Origin: an uncultured Eubacterium sp.
GTDB lineage: Bacteria > Bacillota > Clostridia > Oscillospirales > Acutalibacteraceae
Direction: 5' to 3'
DNA length: 42,500 nucleotides
NCBI GenBank assembly: GCA_902462495.1
Contig: CABQCC010000001.1
Span: 1-42,500, forward strand
Shown here: positions 18,670 to 27,239 of the stretch, in pieces
How the letters are laid out: each line of letters begins with the position of its first letter
Position numbering within the stretch: position 1 is the stretch's first letter
Made by a program: the position numbers and the translations under genes
Notes under the pieces: generated by a model
The model's input: the letters and a program-made list of their open reading frames with translations, nothing else
Told to the model about the DNA's origin: nothing
Databases searched by the model: none

Positions 18670-19611
18670 TTAGAATAATCCGCCTTTAAACTGATCCATT
18701 ACCTGAATAATAACCGGACCCATAATAATACAAATGATAGCCGGCAAAATCAAAAGAACGGTAGGGATAGTCATCTTTGTCGGAACTTTTGCAGCTTCTT
18801 CTCTGATTTTTTCTCTCTTTGCAACACGGAGCTGTTCAGACTGTGCGGCAAGTACATTTGTAATCGGAATACCGAGAGTATTTGCCTGAATAACGGCTGA
18901 AACAAAGGTTTTCAGCTCATCAACATCTGTTGAATCCGAAAGTGCTTTAAGTGCGTCGTTTCTGCTTTTACCAAGTTGAATTTGCTTGAATACGGTTACA
19001 AGTTCATCAATAAGCGGACCTTCCATACGCTCGGACACCTTGAGAAGCGAGGCGTCAAAGCTAAGACCTGCCTCCATACAAACGCTGAGGAGGTCAAGTG
19101 TGTCGGGAAGCTGTGCTCTGATTGCGTCCTGATGGCTTTTGATTTTTTGCTTCAAAATAAAGGTTGGTGCAAGCACCGAAAGCATTGAGCCGACAACAAT
19201 TACAAGCCAAAAATAGCTTGTTACATCCATCAACAACACGCCGATACCCGTAAAAACGATTGTGCCGACGATTGCAACGGCAGTTTTGAGATAAGTAAAA
19301 CTGCCTGTCGACATATGAAGTCCTGCCTTGCGAAGCTGAAGAGCAAGCTTTTGAGTTTCCTGTCTTTTACGAGCGGATTTTGTCTGCTTATTGCCCTGGT
19401 CGTCAAGGTTTGAAAGTTTTTTAACAAGCGGCTTGATGTTACGGTCGTAGAATGAGGTTTCTATGTTTTTGTATTCTGCGGTAACAGCCTCTTTGTCGAT
19501 AGACTTCATTCTTTTGAGGTTGTTGTCCTCTTCTTTACCCTTTTTGCCGAATATTGCTATGCACAAAACCAAAATAAGCAAAGCATATGTAATTACCAAT
19601 AAAGCTACCAT
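18670..19611 (-). CDS. tadC: Tad platform protein TadC (T2SS-F family)
   Basis: QLPDTLDLLSVCMEAGLSFD, LGKSRNDAL, EEAAKVPTKMTIP; several TM helices; follows tadB. Confidence 0.92.
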   Translation of the reverse strand: MVALLVITYALLILVLCIAIFGKKGKEEDNNLKRMKSIDKEAVTAEYKNIETSFYDRNIKPLVKKLSNLDDQGNKQTKSARKRQETQKLALQLRKAGLHMSTGSFTYLKTAVAIVGTIVFTGIGVLLMDVTSYFWLVIVVGSMLSVLAPTFILKQKIKSHQDAIRAQLPDTLDLLSVCMEAGLSFDASLLKVSERMEGPLIDELVTVFKQIQLGKSRNDALKALSDSTDVDELKTFVSAVIQANTLGIPITNVLAAQSEQLRVAKREKIREEAAKVPTKMTIPTVLLILPAIICIIMGPVIIQVMDQFKGGLF

Positions 19612-19621
19612 AATGTTTCTC

Positions 19622-20593
19622 CTACATCTTTATGCTTACAATCTTCTTTACGGCGATGAAGCAAAGAACTTCAAGACCTATCGCAATACCCAAGAATATG
19701 TGTCCTGTGCTTGTTGTGAAAAGCGGCATAATGAATTCTTTGTTTACAAAATAGAACAACACGCAAAGTGCAATCGGCATTGAACCTACCATAACGGCGG
19801 TTGACCTGCCCGAAGCGGTTGACGCTTTAAGTTCTTGCTTGAGTTTCATTTTTTCCTTGATAGAGTTTGCAATACCCTCCAAAATTGACGAAAGGTTACC
19901 GCCTGTTTGTCTTTGGATAAGCACCGATGAAACCATAAGCGGCAAATAGTCGCTGTTGATTCTCTTATTGAGTCGTTCAAGCGCTTCTTCCATAGGCATA
20001 CCCATTGTCATTTCTTCAAGAACAATAGCAAATTCCGAAGCAATAGGGTCGGGCATATCTCTTGAAATAGCTTCCATTGCCTGAGTGAAGCTCAAACCTG
20101 CACGAAGCGAACTGCAAGAAATCATCAAAGCGTCCGAAAGCTGAACATCAAACTTTTTAACTCTTTGTTTTTGCTTGATTTTTATAAGTACGAACGGGAT
20201 AAACGCACCTACAACGGTTGCGCCGAGTGCAACAGGTGCAAGGCTCTCCGAAATAAGAAGAATAAACAAAGCCGGCAAAACCGAAATGATTATCCAAATC
20301 AGCAAGAATTCTTCGGGACGCATCTTGATGTCCGCACTTTGAAGCTGACCGTAAAGGGCAGAACCGATTTTTACAAAAAAGCTGTTTTGACCATCTTTTT
20401 TCTTGCGTCTTTTTTTCTTGCTTTTAACAAGAGCAACCTCTGTGTAGCCCTCCTGCTTTTTCAATTCTTCCATTCTTTTGTCTGCGGCAATCTTTGAAGA
20501 GCCTAAGGTATAAGACAAAATGTAGGCAATAACAAAAGCCAAAAGAGCAAATGCTGCGGTAATTAAGATTATACTAATCGTTGAACCAGTCAT
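19622..20593 (-). CDS. tadB: Tad platform protein TadB
   Basis: QLSDALMISCSSLRAGLSFTQA, DPIASEF, IQRQTGGNLSSIL; overlaps the tadA end by 20 bp. Confidence 0.93.
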   Translation of the reverse strand: MTGSTISIILITAAFALLAFVIAYILSYTLGSSKIAADKRMEELKKQEGYTEVALVKSKKKRRKKKDGQNSFFVKIGSALYGQLQSADIKMRPEEFLLIWIIISVLPALFILLISESLAPVALGATVVGAFIPFVLIKIKQKQRVKKFDVQLSDALMISCSSLRAGLSFTQAMEAISRDMPDPIASEFAIVLEEMTMGMPMEEALERLNKRINSDYLPLMVSSVLIQRQTGGNLSSILEGIANSIKEKMKLKQELKASTASGRSTAVMVGSMPIALCVLFYFVNKEFIMPLFTTSTGHIFLGIAIGLEVLCFIAVKKIVSIKM

Positions 20594-21932
20594 TGTTAAC
20601 CACTACTCCGTTTTCTCTTATTTTTTCAACACATTTAGGGATGATGCCTGTCGGCTTAAATGTACCCTTGAACTTACCGTTTGAGTCATATTCACCCTCT
20701 GTTTCGTAGGTGAATATATCCTGCATTCTGACAACATCTCCCTCCATACCGACAAGTTCGGAAATAGAGGTTACTTTTCTTGAACCGTCACGCAAACGAG
20801 CCTGCTGAACAATGAGGTTGATAGCTGACGAAACCTGGTCTCTGATAGCCTTTGACGGCAATTCGGAACCCGACATCATAACCATTGTTTCTATACGGGA
20901 AATCGAGTCCCTCGGTGAGTTGGCGTGAATGGTGGTGAGTGAGCCGTCGTGACCCGTGTTCATTGCCTGAAGCATATCCAATGTTTCTTCGCTACGAACC
21001 TCACCTACGATGATACGGTCGGGTCTCATACGAAGTGAGTTTACAACGAGGTCTCGGATACTGATTCTACCCTTGCCCTCCATATTTGCCGGACGGGCTT
21101 CGAGAGTCAGAACATGCTCCTGATGAAGTTGAACTTCGGCTGAGTCCTCGATTGTGATAATTCTTTCATCCGACGGAATGTATGACGAAAGTACATTAAG
21201 AAGTGTTGTTTTACCCGAACCTGTACCACCCGATACAATTATATTAAGTTTGCCTTTTACCGCTGCTTCCAAAAATTCGAGCATTTTCGGCGAAACCGAA
21301 CCCCATTTTACAAGGTTTTCGGCTGTGATAGGTGTTTTGCCGAACTTACGAATTGTAAGAATCGGACCTACGAGCGAAAGAGGCGGAATAATTACATTTA
21401 CACGAGAACCGTCAAGCAAACGGGCGTCACACATCGGGCTTGATTCGTCAACATGTCTGCCTACTTTTGATACGATTCGGTCGATAATTTGCATAAGATG
21501 TGCGTCATCTTTGAACTGAATGTCAGTAAGGACAAGCTTACCGTGTGATTCAACATAAACATGGTCGTGACCGTTTACCATAATTTCCGAATATTGGTCG
21601 CTGTCGATAAGCGGTTGAATCGGACCGTAGCCCATAATATCGTCAAACAATTCTTTTTTGACAACCTCTCTGTCAACTCTTGCAATATTAAAATCCGGTC
21701 GTTCAACATATTCGTCAATGAGTTTTCTCATTCCCTCATCAGAAATGTCGGCATTGTCCGCACCGAGCTGTTGCTCGATAATCAATGCGTGAATTCTGAT
21801 TTTAACCTCTGCGTATCTGTCCTCAAGAACAGGTTTGATTTTTTCTGCGCTGTCAAGAGGATTGCTTGTTTGCGGTGAGGAAATGCCCTCGGAAATGTCG
21901 GGTGTTGAACCGTATCTGTTAAGTAGTCCCAT
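20574..21932 (-). CDS. tadA: Tad pilus assembly ATPase TadA/CpaF
   Basis: EIMVNG, DESSPMCDARL, Walker A GGTGSGKTT, TIEDSAE, LRMRPDRIIVGEVR, AMNTGHDGSLTTIHANS. Confidence 0.97.
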   Translation of the reverse strand: MGLLNRYGSTPDISEGISSPQTSNPLDSAEKIKPVLEDRYAEVKIRIHALIIEQQLGADNADISDEGMRKLIDEYVERPDFNIARVDREVVKKELFDDIMGYGPIQPLIDSDQYSEIMVNGHDHVYVESHGKLVLTDIQFKDDAHLMQIIDRIVSKVGRHVDESSPMCDARLLDGSRVNVIIPPLSLVGPILTIRKFGKTPITAENLVKWGSVSPKMLEFLEAAVKGKLNIIVSGGTGSGKTTLLNVLSSYIPSDERIITIEDSAEVQLHQEHVLTLEARPANMEGKGRISIRDLVVNSLRMRPDRIIVGEVRSEETLDMLQAMNTGHDGSLTTIHANSPRDSISRIETMVMMSGSELPSKAIRDQVSSAINLIVQQARLRDGSRKVTSISELVGMEGDVVRMQDIFTYETEGEYDSNGKFKGTFKPTGIIPKCVEKIRENGVVVNNDWFND

Positions 21933-21963
21933 TTATGTATCTTCTTTCATTTGTAATTATAGA

Positions 21964-23166
21964 TTATTTTGAGAAAAGTCCTTTTTTCTTGCCCTTGGCA
22001 GATTTTGCAAGACCCTCCTTGCCCTCACGCTCCATAATTACCTTGTCGGCAAAAGCATTAAGTTCTTTTGCGAACGGTGATCTCGGTTTGTATGAAACGG
22101 CAGGCTGACCGCTATTGAGCGAGTCGTTGATTGTTTTGAGGTCGCTGGAGAAAATAGCGTAAGCCTCCATATTCAAAATATTTTCGTAGTCGCTGATTTT
22201 TACATTGTTTTTCTTGGTGTTCTTGTTGATAACAAGCTTTACTTTGTCTGCCTGATTGATTTGGTACAAAACATTTTGGCAAAGCTTTGCACGCTTAAGG
22301 GACAAAATATTAACATCGTTTACCATAAAAATGGTGTCGCTTGATTCAAGCGCTGTGATGACAGGGTCGGTGAGAATGCAACCGCAGTCAAGGATGATGT
22401 ATTCATAATTATTTCTTGCAACATCAATGATAGCCTTGACATGACCTGCCTGAACGTACTCGGCAAGTTCGGGTGATGACGGAGAAGCAAGCACCGAAAG
22501 ACCCGAAGCGTGAGTTACGGAACAATTTGTGATATTGTCAATTGATATGCCGAGCGAATCTCTTACAACATCAACGATGGTTTCTGTCGGGTTGAGGTCA
22601 AGCGCCATATCCGAGTCGCCAAACTGGAGGTCAAGGTCAACAAGGAGAGTTTTTTTGCCACGGCTTGCAAGATTGACTGCAAGGTTGGTGGAAATTGTTG
22701 TTTTTCCGACACCGCCTTTTCCGCTGAAAAACGCATAAACATGCGACCTTGTTTTTCGCTCAACATTGATTTTTTTGCTGAGCTTTCTTTCGCTGTTGAT
22801 TACGCCTTCAAGATTTTTTGTAAGGTCCTCAGGCTTGATGTCGAGGCTCATAACCTGACGGACACCGTAGCGAGCAGCCGTGTTTACAAGGTCAACCGTT
22901 ACATCATCGGTCATTACAACAGGTGAGCAACCGTTTGAGGCAAGTTCCATATCCTCGATAAATGCAAAAAATTCTTCGTCAATATCAGCACTTTCCGCTG
23001 CAAAAATTACAACATCCGGTGAATAACCCAAAATTCTTGTTTTGGCTTCGGTGTTGAATTCGCTGTAGCCTATGATTTCAAGTTTTTCCGGGTCAATTTT
23101 GTTTTTGATATTTACCTTGATGTCGGTTTGCTCGGCGCAAACGACAACGCTTATTATGTCAGACAT
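21964..23166 (-). CDS. tadZ: TadZ/CpaE: receiver-like domain plus MinD/ParA-type ATPase
   Basis: N-terminal receiver-like fold without the acidic residues; SGKGGVGKTT, LVDLDLQFGD, YIILD; C-terminal KKKGLFSK candidate membrane-targeting tail. Confidence 0.9.
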   Translation of the reverse strand: MSDIISVVVCAEQTDIKVNIKNKIDPEKLEIIGYSEFNTEAKTRILGYSPDVVIFAAESADIDEEFFAFIEDMELASNGCSPVVMTDDVTVDLVNTAARYGVRQVMSLDIKPEDLTKNLEGVINSERKLSKKINVERKTRSHVYAFFSGKGGVGKTTISTNLAVNLASRGKKTLLVDLDLQFGDSDMALDLNPTETIVDVVRDSLGISIDNITNCSVTHASGLSVLASPSSPELAEYVQAGHVKAIIDVARNNYEYIILDCGCILTDPVITALESSDTIFMVNDVNILSLKRAKLCQNVLYQINQADKVKLVINKNTKKNNVKISDYENILNMEAYAIFSSDLKTINDSLNSGQPAVSYKPRSPFAKELNAFADKVIMEREGKEGLAKSAKGKKKGLFSK

Positions 23167-23204
23167 AAAAGTTTCTCCTTTTGTTTTGTGTTTTCCAAAA
23201 AATA

Positions 23205-23909
23205 TTATTTAGCATTCGCAGGTGCTGTTGTCGGAGCATTGTTTCTATGCTTCAAAACAAGCTTGAACGAATTTTCATTTTCGATTTTATAAAGTGCAAG
23301 TGCCTGCTTTTCCGTTACCTGAACGGTGAGTGTGCTGTACTCGGTAAGGGTTGTGCCCGAAGCGGAAGCATTCTTGCTGGCAGTAGCTGTTGAAACTCTC
23401 ATAATAGGAAGATTTTTGTAAGCAACCTTTGATTTTTTGGTTTCTGCATCATAGACCAAAACATCAACCTTGTCGCCCTCGTTGATGTAGCCGTCAACAC
23501 TTGTTACGCTTCCTGCACTGAAAGAATAAGCAACCTTGCCCTTTGGAAGTTTGAGCGAAAGAGCAACATCCGCACCGTTGAGATCCTCAACTCTTTTGAC
23601 ATTGATCGGTTCGCCTGCATAAAGCGGGTCAACAGTTACCTTGCCGACAAGCTGGCTTTGATCTGTTGCAACATTTTCTGCATTAACATCGGAAGCAACA
23701 ACTGTTTTCTTTGTGAAAATGCCTGCGTCCTCAGCAAACATTTCCTCGGTGATGCTTGAGTTTTGAGCCAAATCGTTTACAGGAACGATAATCTCAACCG
23801 TATCGGCATCCTTGATTGTTGTCTTTTTGTCGATTTCACTTGCAAAGAAATATGTAGCGAAGCCTGCGATTAATGCAAAAATAACTGCGATTAAATAAAC
23901 TTTTTTCAT
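23205..23909 (-). CDS. cpaB: Flp pilus assembly protein CpaB/RcpC
   Basis: N-terminal TM; SAF-like segment (LVGKVTVDPLYAGEPI); LPKGKVAYS...VDGYINEGDKVDVLV...TLTVQVTEKQALAL. Confidence 0.9.
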   Translation of the reverse strand: MKKVYLIAVIFALIAGFATYFFASEIDKKTTIKDADTVEIIVPVNDLAQNSSITEEMFAEDAGIFTKKTVVASDVNAENVATDQSQLVGKVTVDPLYAGEPINVKRVEDLNGADVALSLKLPKGKVAYSFSAGSVTSVDGYINEGDKVDVLVYDAETKKSKVAYKNLPIMRVSTATASKNASASGTTLTEYSTLTVQVTEKQALALYKIENENSFKLVLKHRNNAPTTAPANAK

Positions 23910-23963
23910 TTTGTTCTCCTTTTATGAAAGCTTTGTGTTGACAAAACTTTTATTTATTATCTA

Positions 23964-23985
23964 AGAGAGCAAATATATGCTCTCT
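23964..23985 (-). other. Stem-loop between tadE and cpaB
   Basis: AGAGAGCA-aatata-TGCTCTCT perfect 8-bp stem; no U-tract on the coding strand. Confidence 0.55.
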
Positions 23986-24020
23986 AATAAATTATTATAT
24001 ATAAATATTAAGTCGGCAAA

Positions 24021-24701
24021 TCAGTCGCCGTCGTTTTCATCTGCACGGAAAGTGAGATTTTCCTCAACCTTATAAACAGATTTGCAAGCAAGGTTACGAG
24101 TCATTCTGCTTTCTCCCGGCTTTGCATCCCAATTTACAAGTGGAGTAATGGCGTGATGAACACCTCTTACAATTACCGTCACATCACCGTTTGAACGGCT
24201 TGCCGGGGTGTAGGGTTCAAGCCCTGTTGCCGTATAATCTTGGTCTTCTGAATAAGACACGGTGACCGTAACTTTGTCAAACTCCTTTGGAACAGTTCTT
24301 TGCACCTGCAACAAAACTCGTCTTTCTTGGTCGGAAATACCCAAATTTTGCATCTTCTGAACCCGCTCGGAAGAAGTGAGATTTCCGTCAAGAACAGACT
24401 TATAAGTGTCAAGGGTATAAGTTCTTTGGTATTTTCCGCTTCCCGGATCGCCGTCTACTTTACCTTCCACATAAGGCGTGCCGTCATTTTTCAAAGCAAC
24501 CTGAGTGTACTCAACACAGGCAATACGAGCGGCATTTCTTGCGGAATTTTCAACAGAAATCTGATGATAAAAAAGCCATCCGAAATCAAAGGTCATAGCC
24601 AATATAAGCATAAATATGGGAAAGACCAACACAAATTCAAGCATTGACTGTCCGTCCTCTGCCTTTCCCTTTCGCAAAAGGCGATTATAAATTTTTTTCA
24701 A
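24021..24701 (-). CDS. tadE: TadE-family pseudopilin
   Basis: AEDG|QSMLEFVLVFPIFMLILAMTFDFG...VENSARNAARIA; TTG start with GAGGTG SD. Confidence 0.9.
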   Translation of the reverse strand: MKKIYNRLLRKGKAEDGQSMLEFVLVFPIFMLILAMTFDFGWLFYHQISVENSARNAARIACVEYTQVALKNDGTPYVEGKVDGDPGSGKYQRTYTLDTYKSVLDGNLTSSERVQKMQNLGISDQERRVLLQVQRTVPKEFDKVTVTVSYSEDQDYTATGLEPYTPASRSNGDVTVIVRGVHHAITPLVNWDAKPGESRMTRNLACKSVYKVEENLTFRADENDGD

Positions 24702-24761
24702 GAGAATTCACCTCTTAATACTTATTTACAATAATTTAACATTATGTCCAATTATGAATAG

Positions 24762-24783
24762 TGGGGCAGGAAATCCTGCCCCA
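24762..24783 (-). terminator. GC-rich stem-loop downstream of flp (leaky terminator or mRNA stabiliser)
   Basis: TGGGGCAGGA-aa-TCCTGCCCCA perfect inverted repeat 33 bp after the flp stop; weak U-tract on the minus strand. Confidence 0.7.
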
Positions 24784-24816
24784 AAATCATTTTGAGTTTT
24801 TACGAAAAACAGACCG

Positions 24817-24990
24817 TTAATCTGCAATATTATCAAGCTGATTAATTTGACCTTCAGCCTTATTCTTGATCTTGCCAGTCTTCTTATTGATGAGAATAAG
24901 AACTGCTACGAGAACCAATGCAATAAGTGCGATAATAAGAACATACTCAAGCATGCCCTGACCGTTTTCGTCTTTGATAAACTTCATCAT
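24817..24990 (-). CDS. flp: Flp major pilin (57 aa), not in the ORF track
   Basis: Hand translation MMKFIKDENG|QGMLEYVLIIALIALVLVAVLILINKKTGKIKNKAEGQINQLDNIAD*; Flp motif G|Q-x3-E-Y; strong SD AAAGGAG. Confidence 0.95.
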   Translation of the reverse strand: MMKFIKDENGQGMLEYVLIIALIALVLVAVLILINKKTGKIKNKAEGQINQLDNIAD

Positions 24991-25025
24991 AATAATTTAC
25001 TCCTTTATATTAATTTATTTATGAT

Positions 25026-25724
25026 TTAGAATAGCATAACTTCAATTTGCCCAATTGTTTTTTCGATAATCGGGAAGCAAACAGAAATTACTGAACTTAA
25101 AGAGATTAGCGGGCCGAGGGGAATCAAAGTTTTGAGTCCGCCCTTTTTGGTTGCCTTGAGATAAATTAGGCAAACAATGGCGAGCAATCCCACAAGTATC
25201 ATTGATTGGAGAAATGCGGTGAAATAAATACACAAGCCGAGGACGGCACAGTATTTTGTGTCACCGGCTCCAACCGGTACTTTGAGCAGAGTGGTGAATG
25301 CACAAGAAGCAAATCCTATGAAAAAACCGAACCCTGCGGTCAGCAGTATAGATACATCCTTTTGAGTGATGCAATAGTATGTAAGGTACACTGCTTGAAT
25401 TATTATCATAAGCAGAAGCAGAGGATTTGGAATTTTCCTAACCAACGAATCCACAACTGCTATTGATGCGATTGGAATGAGGAGCAACTCGTTTCTTACT
25501 GCGAGCGCCGTGTCCGTTGAGGTCAGCATAATTGCCACGGAAGCAACTATTCCGACGAGTATCGACATCACCTTGAAAAGCGGTGTGTCAATCGGTGCGG
25601 CTTTGACGGGGTCATCCGTTCGTTTGAGCGTCAGCTTTTTTGAAAGGAAAATTGTGACAACTCCGAGAATTAAGCCCCAGCCTGCTCCGATTAATAACTT
25701 AATCAAAATTGAATCTGTAAACAT
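25026..25724 (-). CDS. tadV: A24 prepilin peptidase TadV/CpaA
   Basis: Multi-TM; catalytic Asp motifs VVDSLVRKIPN and VGAGDTKY; IPLGPLI; no N-terminal Cys-rich methylase domain; directly upstream of flp. Confidence 0.88.
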   Translation of the reverse strand: MFTDSILIKLLIGAGWGLILGVVTIFLSKKLTLKRTDDPVKAAPIDTPLFKVMSILVGIVASVAIMLTSTDTALAVRNELLLIPIASIAVVDSLVRKIPNPLLLLMIIIQAVYLTYYCITQKDVSILLTAGFGFFIGFASCAFTTLLKVPVGAGDTKYCAVLGLCIYFTAFLQSMILVGLLAIVCLIYLKATKKGGLKTLIPLGPLISLSSVISVCFPIIEKTIGQIEVMLF

Positions 25725-25845
25725 TTAATCTCCTGTGGAACATCTGCTGTTCCTTAATACAAGATTACTACTTTTTACACAAAAATTCAATAAAAAATTC
25801 ACAATCTCGTAATTTTTGTAAGGTTCTCCTATTTGAAAAAACAGT

Positions 25846-25864
25846 TTTGTGCAAATTGCACAAA
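25846..25864. promoter_or_regulatory. Perfect palindrome upstream of the tad operon (candidate operator)
   Basis: TTTGTGCAA-A-TTGCACAAA; the 1-nt spacer argues for a dsDNA site rather than a hairpin. Confidence 0.45.
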
Positions 25865-25890
25865 TAAAAGAAAGTTTGGTTAATTTTTAG

Positions 25891-27042
25891 TTAATATTTC
25901 ACGGTGTATTTTTTGATTTCAAACTCGGAATTATTGTACATTGCAAGTTTCCTGTCAAAATCCTCCTGCGCTTTTTGGCTCTTTTTTTCGTTGCAATACT
26001 TCAATTTACGGTCGTCAAGGTCTGCCTCATAGAACATAAATTTGCCACCCTTGGATTCCGCTTTTGCAAACTGATGTATGAGTTTTTCGCCTTTTTTCAC
26101 ATCTGTGAACTCAATTTCGGTTGAATCAAAATACAAAGCAAACTCTGCGTCTGCTCCTGTTACGCCTGCTCCGCTTTTGAAATTCTTTTCCATCACATAA
26201 TTATATGCTTCAAGCGGAGTGGAGTTGCTTGATTTTTGTGCAAAAGTAACAGAATAGTCTTTTTTTGTTGATATATCCTGCGCCACCATTCGTGCACATT
26301 TATCTACTACAGGAGAAATGCCTGCTTCGGCGAGAGCCTGCATCCAACCGAGCCAGCCATAAAGGGCGGTATATCGTTCAACGCTGATGACTGCACCGTC
26401 ATCGGTCAAATTATTTGCGATAGCTGTTGCAAGAGAAGAAAAAGCCTGCTGATAAGCGTTTTCTCTTTCGCTTCTTTCGCCGATAACGCTCACACCGCTT
26501 GTCTGTTTTTGTGCAATGTCAAGAAGCCCTCTGAACGAAGTGGCAACACTTGCCTTTTCGTCAAGCACAAAATCGTATATATCCGCTGTGACAAATTCCG
26601 CATTTGAAAGACCGAGTCTTTCGGCAAGCACCTTGGCATTGTTGACGGCAAGTTCGTTTTTGTCCACGCCGACAACACGACACTCCGGATACTGCTGTGC
26701 GATGAAGCAAGTGACAAGACCGCAATCGCAGCCGACATCAAGCACCGTGCCGTGAAAATACTCCGCACTGTCAATAATCATATTGCCAAGATGCCTGAAA
26801 AGTCCGCTGTCAAATGCGGCAGAAACGCAAAGCGAACCGTCAAGCGACTTGTTTTTCAATCGATAAAAATATTCGTTATCCGAATTTTGACCCTGCGCTC
26901 TTGAATTGAGAGTTTCGGCAAGCTCCTTGACATAGCCCTTGTCGGTTTTCATCATAAGATTTGCCAAAAAGTCGTTTGTGTTTTTGTAATACTTCAGGTC
27001 AAGCGCCTGCATATAATTGTCTACCTGCTCATAAGTTTGCAT
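25891..27042 (-). CDS. Class I SAM-dependent methyltransferase, substrate unknown
   Basis: Motif I VLDVGCDCG, VVGVD, FVTADI; extra N- and C-terminal regions. Confidence 0.85.
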   Translation of the reverse strand: MQTYEQVDNYMQALDLKYYKNTNDFLANLMMKTDKGYVKELAETLNSRAQGQNSDNEYFYRLKNKSLDGSLCVSAAFDSGLFRHLGNMIIDSAEYFHGTVLDVGCDCGLVTCFIAQQYPECRVVGVDKNELAVNNAKVLAERLGLSNAEFVTADIYDFVLDEKASVATSFRGLLDIAQKQTSGVSVIGERSERENAYQQAFSSLATAIANNLTDDGAVISVERYTALYGWLGWMQALAEAGISPVVDKCARMVAQDISTKKDYSVTFAQKSSNSTPLEAYNYVMEKNFKSGAGVTGADAEFALYFDSTEIEFTDVKKGEKLIHQFAKAESKGGKFMFYEADLDDRKLKYCNEKKSQKAQEDFDRKLAMYNNSEFEIKKYTVKY

Positions 27043-27072
27043 AACATAACCTCTTATTATAAATATGTATAT

Positions 27073-27102
27073 ATATTACCAATAATAATACAACCGTGTC
27101 AA
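27073..27102 (-). promoter_or_regulatory. Candidate promoter for the methyltransferase gene
   Basis: Minus strand TTGACA-N18-TAATAT with TGn, 30 bp upstream of ATG 27042. Confidence 0.45.
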
Positions 27103-27239
27103 GTTTTAGACCGTTTTTAATTATGACAAAATTCACGCAAAAAATTTGTACAAATGCTTGTTTTAGTATAATGTATATGATAATATATTAATTATAACAG
27201 AACATAAATTTTCAGGCGGTAATTGAAAAGAGGTTAAAT

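Noticed and set aside
24847..25029. 60-aa plus-strand ORF
   Set aside because: Antisense to the real flp gene.
25725..25890. c-di-GMP riboswitch upstream of the pilus operon
   Set aside because: Looked for because such switches often control clostridial pili; the region is short, very AT-rich, and lacks the GGCAAA...GAAA...GACGCAAA-type core by eye. An Infernal/Rfam scan would be decisive.
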